Below are positions 30,526 through 39,231 of a stretch of 44,892 nucleotides of DNA, in pieces (position 1 is the stretch's first letter; each line of letters begins with the position of its first letter). Under the pieces are notes generated by a model that did no database searches, was not told where the DNA came from, and worked only from the letters and a program-made list of their open reading frames with translations. Where the stretch lies: sequence record SRR20825010_277, one strand, 5' to 3'. The translations under genes and the position numbers were made by a program.

Positions 30526-32337
30526 ATGAGTTGTTCGAAGTCTTTGCCGGTTCTGTTTTCCGGCCTCCCCCTTGTGTTCCTGCCAGTTTCCAGTGCGCTA
30601 GCCGACGAAGAGGTAATGGTCTCGGCGCTTGACCCCATCGTTGTAACGGCCACGCTTGGTCCGAAGACCCGGGGCGAAAGTGACTCATCGGTCACGGTGA
30701 TCGATGAAGAGGCGATTGAACGCTTGCAACCTCAAACGTTCGACGAGCTGCTGATGGGCCAACCCGGCATTGATATCACCAGTAACGGCTCGTTCGGTAA
30801 GAACACCAGTGTCTACACCCGGGGTACCGGCAGCGAATCCACGGTTTTCCTGGTGGACGGCATTCGTTTGCGCTCGGCCACCAGTGGTAGTGCTGCCTGG
30901 CAGTATTTCCCGCCGCAAATGGTGGAAAGGGTAGAAATTGTTCGGGGTTCCCGCAGTAACCTGTACGGAGCCGATGCCGTGGGTGGCGTTATCCAGGCCT
31001 TCACTCACAGTGCGGAAAAGGGGCGTGAAGGTTGGGTTCAGGCCGGCGGCGGCAACTTTAACACCCAGGAATATGTGGCCGGGACGGCCGGTACTGAAGG
31101 CCGGATGACATACAGTCTGAGCGCAAGCCATCTGGAAACTGACGGCACGGCCATTGTTGAAGGGGGCGAAGACAAGGGCTTTCGTAACACCTCAGCCCTG
31201 GCGTCCGTTGCTCACCAGTTCGACTCCGGTGGGGAAGCCGGCGTTGTCCTCATGCGTGCCCAGGGCAATACCGAGTTCGAGGGCGGTGATACCGATTTTG
31301 CTATCCAAACCGTTGGTGTTCGTCTGGACGCGCCGATCAGCGACTATTGGCGGAGCCGTATCCTGTTAGCCGAATCCATTGATGAGCAGGATACACGGGA
31401 CGAATTTGGTGACAGCACCTTCGACACCAAAACCCGCAGTGCCCGTTGGGAGAACCAGATCAGTGTCGGCCGCCATGAGTACATCTTGGGCGGTGAACTC
31501 TTGATGGATGAAGTAGACAGCACCACCGACTTTGACGAAACCAGCCGCACCAACGCCGCTGTTTTTGGTCAGGCCCTGTTGAATTTTGGTCCGACGGACT
31601 TTCAGTTGAGTTTGCGCGCCGACGATAACGAGGCTTTTGGTCGTGAGGAAACCGGTGCGATCGCCATGGGTGTCGATATGGATCGCAACCATAGAGTAAG
31701 GGTGAGCTACAGCACTTCTTTCCGGGCGCCCACGTTCAATGACCTCTACTTCCCGAACTTCGGCAATGCGGATCTTCAACCGGAAACTGCAGGTAGCGTG
31801 GAGCTTGGTATTGGCGGAAATTACGCCCGTTGGTTCTGGGATGCCGCGATCTATCAGACAGACGCTGATGATCTGATTGTATTTGTCTTTAGGGACGGTC
31901 GGTTCGCACCATTCAATGTTAACGAAGCACGCATCAGGGGGGTTGAGCTGAGTGCTGGCCTGGAATTGGACGAATGGACCGTGCAGGCTGGGGCCTCGGT
32001 AACCGACCCCCGCGACCGTGAGACCGACAATAGAATTCGTCGCCGTAGCGCGAAACAGTTCCGGGTGGATCTGGATCGGGACTTCGGCCGAGTGTCGTTG
32101 GGAACCACCGTCAAGGGCCAGGGGTATCGTTACGACGATGCCGAAAACGAAGAGCGCCTCGCCGGCTTTGTCACTTGGGACCTGCGGGCAAAGTGGGAAA
32201 TCGACAGCCATTGGACCACCAATCTGACGGTCGACAACGTGCTGGACAGAGAATACGCCACGGCGCAGCGCTTTGATGGAAGTGCTTACATAGCCGCTGG
32301 CCGCACCGCAATGCTGACGATTCGCTACGACCTATGA
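30526..32337 (+). CDS. btuB: TonB-dependent vitamin B12 receptor
   Basis: Signal peptide, TonB box DPIVVTAT, plug motif VERVEIVRG...YGADAVGGVI, SFRAPTFNDLY and C-terminal YDL; downstream of the riboswitch. Confidence 0.9.
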   Translation: MSCSKSLPVLFSGLPLVFLPVSSALADEEVMVSALDPIVVTATLGPKTRGESDSSVTVIDEEAIERLQPQTFDELLMGQPGIDITSNGSFGKNTSVYTRGTGSESTVFLVDGIRLRSATSGSAAWQYFPPQMVERVEIVRGSRSNLYGADAVGGVIQAFTHSAEKGREGWVQAGGGNFNTQEYVAGTAGTEGRMTYSLSASHLETDGTAIVEGGEDKGFRNTSALASVAHQFDSGGEAGVVLMRAQGNTEFEGGDTDFAIQTVGVRLDAPISDYWRSRILLAESIDEQDTRDEFGDSTFDTKTRSARWENQISVGRHEYILGGELLMDEVDSTTDFDETSRTNAAVFGQALLNFGPTDFQLSLRADDNEAFGREETGAIAMGVDMDRNHRVRVSYSTSFRAPTFNDLYFPNFGNADLQPETAGSVELGIGGNYARWFWDAAIYQTDADDLIVFVFRDGRFAPFNVNEARIRGVELSAGLELDEWTVQAGASVTDPRDRETDNRIRRRSAKQFRVDLDRDFGRVSLGTTVKGQGYRYDDAENEERLAGFVTWDLRAKWEIDSHWTTNLTVDNVLDREYATAQRFDGSAYIAAGRTAMLTIRYDL

Positions 32338-32359
32338 TCAACCATGGAGAGGTAAGGGC

Positions 32360-35300
32360 ATGATTGAGCGCCTGTATAGGACTCTGAGACGCCCGTTGTT
32401 CGGCTGCCTTTCCGGGCTTTTGTTGATGCTGTCCCAACCAGTGTCCGGCGCCACGGTATTTGGGGTAGTGTCTGAGCGTTCCGCTGCGGAGATGGCTGCT
32501 GGTGCGGAACGCTTTCTAGCAGCCCAGCCAGATCACCGCATTATTCTGCGAACACCGGAGCAATTGGCAAACCTGGACAACAGCGCTCTCGACGATCTGG
32601 TGAGCCAGGCCGATGCCTTGTTGATGGCGGCGGTTTTCGGAGAGCAGGTGGGCCGGATTGAGCGTGCTGTGGGCGAGCAGGCCGCCGTTCGCGAGTTTGC
32701 GATTCTGGGGGTGAATGGCGACAGGGCGCTGACTGTGCTGTCACGGTTACAGGGGCGCAAGCCCCTGGAAGGGCTGGATGCCACGACCCTGAACAACCTG
32801 ATGAAAGCGCCGGACCCCGGCACGGACTTGAAAGCCCATCTGGCAGAGCTTAAGACCCGTTTCCCCGAACAGGAACCCTGGCTTGAAGGCCGGGCCCTAT
32901 ACCAGGGACGCACCCCGCAACACCTGGATGCCTTATTGCGTTGGTTGCTTGTTCAGGCGGGCGAAGAGCTTGACGTGCCGGAGTTGCCGCCCCGGTCGCT
33001 GATCCGCTATTACCGTAATGGTGAAGCCACAGATAACGCGGCGAACCTTAACCTGCAATCCGGCCCTGTGGTCGCGCTTCTGGACCTGGATAGCGGTGAT
33101 CGCCCCGGCGATCGGGCGCTGCTGGACGCAACCTGTGCAGCCCTGGAATCCAGAGGAATGCAATGCTTTGCAATCCTGTCCCGATGGGGTGGTGCCAGCC
33201 TGGAGGCTGTCCGTGCCCTGAATGAAACGGTAGGCCCGGCGACCCTGTCCGGTATTGTCAGTCTTCAGGACTTTATTATTGGAGGCGGCGAGGGTCGGCG
33301 TCAGGTCACGGAAGCGTTGGTCCGGTTGAATGTGCCGGTGATCAAGGGCTTGCGCCTGGCCTCCCGCACCACCAACCAATGGCAATTGTCGATCGATGGT
33401 ATTCCGTCTGACAAGGTGCACTACAAATTGGCGATGCCCGAGCTCCAGGGGGTCAGTCAGCCTATGGTGCTGGCTACGGCGGAGCCGGAAGTGATTGACG
33501 AAAACACCGGTGTGGCTCTGACGCTTACCCAGCCGGTGCCGGAGCGGGTGGACGCCGTTGCGGACCGCCTGAAACGCTGGCAGACGCTGCAAGCCAAGGG
33601 CAACGCCGACAAGCGCGTGGCCATCATCTACTACAATCATCCACCGGGCCGGCAGAATATTGGGGCGGACAATCTCGATGTGCCAGCTTCCCTATATGAA
33701 ATGCTGCACTGGCTTAAAGCCGAGGGCTACGAGACCGGCCCGCTGCCGGAGAGTCCGGAAGCCCTCACCGACCTCCTCCAGCAACGAGGCGTGAGCCTGC
33801 CGGATGATCCTCGCGCGCTGAGGGAAATGGCCGGTGACGTTGCCTCAATGGCGGGCAGAACCTATCGTCAGTATCTCGAAACCTTGCCCAGGGTTGTCCA
33901 GCAGGAAATGGTCCATGGCCCCCTGGGTTATTTGCATGAGCGACTTGAGCAGGCACATAGGTTGGGCGAGAAAGAATTGGCAACCGGTCTGTTGAGTCGG
34001 GGCATTCGTGACTTGCGGCACCTGCTTGAACACCTCCAGCACCCGAACCGAAAGGCGGCCCTGAGCCGACTGGACGAGTACGAAGCGCTCTGGCAAGCAC
34101 GTCTCGATGAAGGTGGTCACAGTGGGGAACTGGATGACAGCCGGGTTGCGCTGGCCGATACGGGCATTCCCGGACTAAAGGGGTGGGGAGAAGCGCCGGG
34201 CCAGTCCATGGTGGTTGATGACAGGCTGATTTTCCCTGGGCTTCGATTCGGTAATATTTACATCGGTCCGCAACCGCCCCGGGGCTGGGAAGTGGATGAA
34301 GAATTGTTACACGCCAATACCACCTTCCCCCCGACCCACCAGTACGTGGGTTTCTACCACTGGTTACGGGATCACTACCAGGCTGATGCGCTGGTCTACG
34401 TTGGGCGCCACTCAACCAGGGAATTTCTGCCACGCCGCCGTGCTGGTTTGACGGGGGATGACTACCCGGACCTGCTGGGGGGTGACCTGCCATTGATCTA
34501 CCCTTACATCGTCGACGGTGTGGGTGAGGGCATCCAGGCCAAGCGCCGGGCGCTGGGAGTCATGATCAGTCACTTGACGCCGCCGCTGGCCGCAACGGAG
34601 CTTTATGACGAACTGCTGGAGCTCCGACAGCTCGTGGAAACCTGGGAATCCGCCAATGAGCCCGACAGCCCTACCAGGGAGCGGGCGCTGAAGATGCTGC
34701 GGGAGGAAATCCAGGTGCTGGATATCTCCGACGATCTCGAACAGGAAATCGCTGGCGAGATGGGGTTGTCGGTGGAAGAGGTGTCGCTCGATGAACTTTC
34801 ACCCGACCTGCTGGTTCACGAAGCCGGCCACTACGTCACCGATATGCAGGAACACTTTATGCCCCTGGGGCTGCACGTGTTTGGGCGGGATTGGAGCACA
34901 GACATGGTGGACACCATGCTCGACTCCATGGCGGGTAAGGCCGGCAAGCCAGAACCGGCCTGGCGCACCGATCTTGAAGCGTCTCCTGCTTCTGAGCGCA
35001 CCAGCTTTCTCAACGCGTTGAATGGCCGGTTTGTTGCTCCGGGGCAGGGCAACGATCCATTGCGAACGCCGGCGGTATTGCCAACGGGGCGCAATTTTCA
35101 CGCCTTGTCGGATGACCTGATTCCAACCCGTGTGGCCTGGTCGCTGGCTGAAGAACTGGTCGAGGAGGCCAGGGCCACAAAAGACAGCACCTCAGAACAA
35201 AGCGATGCACTGGTGCTCTGGGCCTCGGATACGGTGCGAGACGAAGGGGTCATGATTGCGTTTGGCATGAAGCTATTGGGTGTGCGCCCGGTGTGGAACA

Positions 35301-36571
35301 GTCGGGGCATCGTGAAAGGCCTGGAGCGTTTGCCCGCCGGCCCGGGAACCGATACACCCATTCGTCGCAATGTGGTTTTCACCACGTCCGGCTTGTTCCG
35401 GGATCTTTATGAAAGCCAACTGGAATGGCTGGATATGGCATCGCGTTACGCCTTGGCGGGTGCGGCGGAATCCATCAGGGCCGAGCACCCGGAGCTAAAC
35501 GAGGCATTGGACCAAGCGTTATCGGTTCTGCCGGTCGACATGCGTAAGCCGGGCGAGGAATCCCTGTCCACCAACGGTGTTGCCGCCCACTGGGTCGCTG
35601 ATGCACGGGTATTGCTGGCCGCAGGTGCGTCGGCTCGGGATGCGGGGGCAAAGGCCGCTTACCGGGTCTTCGGTACGGCTCCGGGCGCATACGGTGCGGG
35701 GGTTAACCGGCTTGCTACCCGCACGGGCGCCTGGCAGGACCGGGAGCAACTGGGTGACGCTTATCGCCGGCGCATGGGGCACGTCTATGGCAAGGGCAGC
35801 CAGGGTGAACCGGCTCACGATGCTTTCGACCGACAATTGCGGTCGGTGAACCATACCTATCTTGGGCGGGCCAGCCACCTCTATGGCCTGCTGGACAACG
35901 ATGACGGTTTTGATTTCCAGGGCGGGCTGTCCAACGCCGTGGAGCACTTGCGCGGCGAGCCACCGCAGAACCGGGTGCTCCAGTACGCAGACCCGCGAAA
36001 TCCCCGGGTGGATTCGCTTCAGCGAGCGCTGCAGGTAGAGCTGAGAGCCCGTAATCTGAACCCGCAATGGTTGGCCCCACTGATGGAGCACGGCTATGCC
36101 GGTGCCCGCACCATGGGCAGTGATTTTCTCGACAACCTATGGGGCTGGCAAATCACAAGCCCACAAGTGCTTCGTTCCAGTGTGTGGGACGAGGTCAATG
36201 AAGTGTACTTTCAGGATCGCCACGGCCTTGGCCTGGATGACTTCCTGGCAGAGGGCCACAACGTGTATGTCAAAACCCACATGCAGGCGATTGCGCTCCT
36301 GGCCGCGAAACGGGGCTTCTGGGAGGCGGACGTCTTCACCCGTCAGGCCCTGGCACGTGACTTCGCCGGAAACATCATCGACCATGGCCTTCCCGGCAGT
36401 GGCCACACCCGTCCGGATCACCCCCTGATGGATTGGGTCGCGGACCAGTTGGACCCCCGGCAGCGGGAAGCCTTCGAGTCCGCGCGAAAAGGTGGGTCGG
36501 CCGACTTTCCCCCGTTAGGCGCTGCCAACGATGATTGTCAGACTCCCGGAAACCAGAGGGCCTCATGTTGA
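32360..36571 (+). CDS. CobN/Mg-chelatase-H-like protein with predicted N-terminal signal peptide
   Basis: IIYYNHPPG, LDVPASL, GPQPPRG, YPYIVDGVGEGIQAKRR, LPTGRNF, FTTSGLFRD, YGAGV and NPQW..LMEHGYAGA are CobN-family motifs; N-terminus is basic, then hydrophobic, then VSG/A. Confidence 0.88.
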   Translation: MIERLYRTLRRPLFGCLSGLLLMLSQPVSGATVFGVVSERSAAEMAAGAERFLAAQPDHRIILRTPEQLANLDNSALDDLVSQADALLMAAVFGEQVGRIERAVGEQAAVREFAILGVNGDRALTVLSRLQGRKPLEGLDATTLNNLMKAPDPGTDLKAHLAELKTRFPEQEPWLEGRALYQGRTPQHLDALLRWLLVQAGEELDVPELPPRSLIRYYRNGEATDNAANLNLQSGPVVALLDLDSGDRPGDRALLDATCAALESRGMQCFAILSRWGGASLEAVRALNETVGPATLSGIVSLQDFIIGGGEGRRQVTEALVRLNVPVIKGLRLASRTTNQWQLSIDGIPSDKVHYKLAMPELQGVSQPMVLATAEPEVIDENTGVALTLTQPVPERVDAVADRLKRWQTLQAKGNADKRVAIIYYNHPPGRQNIGADNLDVPASLYEMLHWLKAEGYETGPLPESPEALTDLLQQRGVSLPDDPRALREMAGDVASMAGRTYRQYLETLPRVVQQEMVHGPLGYLHERLEQAHRLGEKELATGLLSRGIRDLRHLLEHLQHPNRKAALSRLDEYEALWQARLDEGGHSGELDDSRVALADTGIPGLKGWGEAPGQSMVVDDRLIFPGLRFGNIYIGPQPPRGWEVDEELLHANTTFPPTHQYVGFYHWLRDHYQADALVYVGRHSTREFLPRRRAGLTGDDYPDLLGGDLPLIYPYIVDGVGEGIQAKRRALGVMISHLTPPLAATELYDELLELRQLVETWESANEPDSPTRERALKMLREEIQVLDISDDLEQEIAGEMGLSVEEVSLDELSPDLLVHEAGHYVTDMQEHFMPLGLHVFGRDWSTDMVDTMLDSMAGKAGKPEPAWRTDLEASPASERTSFLNALNGRFVAPGQGNDPLRTPAVLPTGRNFHALSDDLIPTRVAWSLAEELVEEARATKDSTSEQSDALVLWASDTVRDEGVMIAFGMKLLGVRPVWNSRGIVKGLERLPAGPGTDTPIRRNVVFTTSGLFRDLYESQLEWLDMASRYALAGAAESIRAEHPELNEALDQALSVLPVDMRKPGEESLSTNGVAAHWVADARVLLAAGASARDAGAKAAYRVFGTAPGAYGAGVNRLATRTGAWQDREQLGDAYRRRMGHVYGKGSQGEPAHDAFDRQLRSVNHTYLGRASHLYGLLDNDDGFDFQGGLSNAVEHLRGEPPQNRVLQYADPRNPRVDSLQRALQVELRARNLNPQWLAPLMEHGYAGARTMGSDFLDNLWGWQITSPQVLRSSVWDEVNEVYFQDRHGLGLDDFLAEGHNVYVKTHMQAIALLAAKRGFWEADVFTRQALARDFAGNIIDHGLPGSGHTRPDHPLMDWVADQLDPRQREAFESARKGGSADFPPLGAANDDCQTPGNQRASC

Positions 36572-37461
36572 AATCGTTCCGGCATACCGCTGCGTTGATG
36601 TCGTTAGCTCTGGCCATGTCACCGGGGGCTGTGGCCGGTACTGAGCGATGTGCAACCGACGATACCGGCCAGGAAGTCTGCCTTGAACAACCGGCCAGCC
36701 GGATCGCGGCCTTGTCTCCCGGAGCAACCGAACTTGTCTGGGCTGCAGGCGCCGGTGATCAGGTCATCGCGGTGGTTTCGTACAGTGATTACCCCGAGCA
36801 GGCGAAGCAGGTCACCTCTGTGGGTAGCCACACTCGAATGGACCTTGAGCGCCTGATGGCACTGAAACCTGACCTGGTCATTGGTTGGGTGACGGGCAAC
36901 CCGCCGGAACAGATTGCGGCCCTGAAGGACCTGGGGTTGCCGGTGTTTTCCATTGAGCCCCGGAGTTTTGAGGGCGTTTCAAGCACCATCGAACGGCTGT
37001 CGATTCTGGCGGGTACCGAAGATGAAGGCTTTGCCGAAGCAGATCGTTTCCGCAAGGGAATGGCTTCACTGGAAAAACAATATCAGGGTGCGGAGCCGGT
37101 CTCGGTGTTCTATCAGGTGTGGGATGAGCCTCTGATGACCGTGAACGACGAGCACCTGATTGGTAAGGTGATCACGCTATGCGGAGGCGTGAACGTATTC
37201 GGTGATCTTGATCGCCTGGTGCCGAGGATCAGTGCCGAGGCGGTTATCGGCGCCAACCCTGAGGCCATTCTGGCCGGTGGCATGGGTGAAGAGAACCGGC
37301 ACTGGCTGACCCGCTGGGAGGCTTTCCAGAGTATCGATGCCACCGCGAAGGAGAACCTGTACTTCGTTCCACCGTCGCTGATCCAGCGCCCGACGCCGCG
37401 TATTCTGAAAGGTTCACAACTGTTTTGCGAGAAACTGGATGATGCCCGTGCCAAACGTTAG
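36565..37461 (+). CDS. btuF: Periplasmic cobalamin-binding protein
   Basis: Signal peptide, RIAALSPGATELV, SDYPEQA and QRPTPR; ATG 36565 overlaps the stop of the CobN-like gene. Confidence 0.88.
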   Translation: MLKSFRHTAALMSLALAMSPGAVAGTERCATDDTGQEVCLEQPASRIAALSPGATELVWAAGAGDQVIAVVSYSDYPEQAKQVTSVGSHTRMDLERLMALKPDLVIGWVTGNPPEQIAALKDLGLPVFSIEPRSFEGVSSTIERLSILAGTEDEGFAEADRFRKGMASLEKQYQGAEPVSVFYQVWDEPLMTVNDEHLIGKVITLCGGVNVFGDLDRLVPRISAEAVIGANPEAILAGGMGEENRHWLTRWEAFQSIDATAKENLYFVPPSLIQRPTPRILKGSQLFCEKLDDARAKR

Positions 37462-37476
37462 TGGGAGACAGACCCC

Positions 37477-38448
37477 TTGAGCAGGCCTCTGACCATGCCA
37501 CTTGTGTTGTTGGCTCTGGCCAGCCTGGCCGCCATGATGTTGTCGGTGGGTGTTGGCAGTGTCAGCGTGGCACCGGGAGATGTTGTCGCCGTCATTCTGG
37601 GTGAGGGCAGCAACCTGCAGCAAACCCTGGTGCTGGAATTGCGCCTGCCACGGACACTGTCCGCTTTCGCAACGGGCGGTTTGCTGGCCGTGGCCGGGGC
37701 TCTGATGCAGGTGCTGTTACGCAATCCGTTGGCGGACCCCTACGTTCTGGGGTTGTCTGGCGGTGCTGCCGTCGGGGCCTTGTTTGCGATGTTGGCGGGC
37801 CTGGGTGGTTTGATGATTTCGGGATCGGCTTTTGCCGGTGCGTTGTTGGCCACACTGATGGTGTTCGGCCTGGCCCATGGGACCGGAAGCTGGACGCCGT
37901 CGCGTTTGTTGCTCACCGGTGTGGTGGTCGCCGCAGGCTGGGGCGCGGTGATTACCCTGATGCTGGCGATCAGCCCGGCCCAGCGCTTACCGGGAATGTT
38001 GTACTGGTTGATGGGCGATGTGTCCTACGCTAGAACGCCCTGGCCCGCACTGGCTTTCCTGGTGCTGGTGTGTCTTTTGGTGGTGCCCCTGGGGCGGAGT
38101 CTTAACGTACTGGCACGCGGCCCCATGCAGGCGGCAGCCCTCGGGGTAGCGGTGCGCCCCCTGGAATGGACGATCTATATCCTCGCCAGCCTGCTCACGG
38201 CCACCGCGGTCACCATGGCTGGCAGTATTGGTTTTGTCGGTCTGGTAGTGCCCCACATGTTGCGGCTGGTCCTCGGTAATGACCAGCGCCTGATCCTCCC
38301 TGCCTGTGCACTGGCTGGCGGCACGCTGCTGGTGCTGGCGGATACCCTGGCACGGGTGGTGATTGCGCCCGAGCAGTTGCCGGTAGGTGTGATTACGGCC
38401 TTGCTGGGTGTACCCACCTTCCTTTACCTGTTGTATCGGAGCCGCTGA
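37477..38448 (+). CDS. btuC: Cobalamin ABC transporter permease (FecCD family)
   Basis: LRLPR, LLRNPLADPYVLG and GSIGFVGLVVPH. Confidence 0.88.
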   Translation: MSRPLTMPLVLLALASLAAMMLSVGVGSVSVAPGDVVAVILGEGSNLQQTLVLELRLPRTLSAFATGGLLAVAGALMQVLLRNPLADPYVLGLSGGAAVGALFAMLAGLGGLMISGSAFAGALLATLMVFGLAHGTGSWTPSRLLLTGVVVAAGWGAVITLMLAISPAQRLPGMLYWLMGDVSYARTPWPALAFLVLVCLLVVPLGRSLNVLARGPMQAAALGVAVRPLEWTIYILASLLTATAVTMAGSIGFVGLVVPHMLRLVLGNDQRLILPACALAGGTLLVLADTLARVVIAPEQLPVGVITALLGVPTFLYLLYRSR

Positions 38449-39218
38449 TGAATCCGTTGCAGGCTAGACAGTTGGTCATCGACATTCCCGGGCGGGGCGA
38501 TGGGGAAGCGCTGAACTTTGCCGTGGAACCCGGGCAGATCTGGGGCGTTTTGGGGCCAAATGGTGCCGGCAAGACGACGCTCTTGCACACACTGGCGGGG
38601 TTGCGAGCACCACGTCACGGATCGGTTTGCCTGGGAGAGCATCCTTTGGCAGACCTGAAGCGCAGGACAATATCGCAACAACTGGGGATGGTTTTCCAGG
38701 AACGGCAGGACGGTTTTCCCGCGACGGTACTGGAAACGGCGCTGATCGGGCGCCACCCCTGGTTGTCACCCTGGCAGATGGAGTCCGGCGCCGATGAACG
38801 TCTTGCGAGAGGCGCTCTGGAACAGCTGGATGTGGGCCATCTCAGTGATCGGCTGGTGAACACACTTTCCGGCGGTGAACGCCAGAGAGTAGCCATTGCC
38901 ACAGTGCTGACCCAGGCACCTGATACCTGGCTTCTGGATGAACCCACCAATCACCTTGATCTGCACCATCAAGTGTCGGTACTCCAGTTACTGACCGAGC
39001 AGGCGCGTAGTGGGCGTTCGGTATTCATGTGTCTGCACGATCTGAATCTCGCGGCACGATGGTGTGACCATCTGCTATTGCTGTACCCCAACGGCGAAGC
39101 GTGCTGGGGGCCTGCAGAACGAATGCTCGTGCCGGCTGCACTTGAACGGCTTTATGATCAGGAACTTCTGACAGTGGACGTGGATGGTGCGCCGCTATTT
39201 GTCCCTGTTAAGTATTGA
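38448..39218 (+). CDS. btuD: Cobalamin ABC transporter ATPase
   Basis: GPNGAGKTT, LSGGERQR, LLDEPTNHLD and LHDLN. Confidence 0.88.
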   Translation: MNPLQARQLVIDIPGRGDGEALNFAVEPGQIWGVLGPNGAGKTTLLHTLAGLRAPRHGSVCLGEHPLADLKRRTISQQLGMVFQERQDGFPATVLETALIGRHPWLSPWQMESGADERLARGALEQLDVGHLSDRLVNTLSGGERQRVAIATVLTQAPDTWLLDEPTNHLDLHHQVSVLQLLTEQARSGRSVFMCLHDLNLAARWCDHLLLLYPNGEACWGPAERMLVPAALERLYDQELLTVDVDGAPLFVPVKY

Positions 39219-39231
39219 ACGTAGGAGCTAT

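Noticed and set aside
30294-30695. ORFs 30294-30695 (-) and 30312-30632 (+) as leader peptides
   Set aside because: They overlap the riboswitch and btuB start, whose RNA structure explains the sequence.
32360-36571. Canonical cobaltochelatase of de novo aerobic B12 synthesis, or Mg-chelatase BchH
   Set aside because: Signal-peptide-like N-terminus, altered core motif, and no CobST/ChlID, ring-synthesis or photosynthesis genes in the window. This cannot be excluded without the whole genome.
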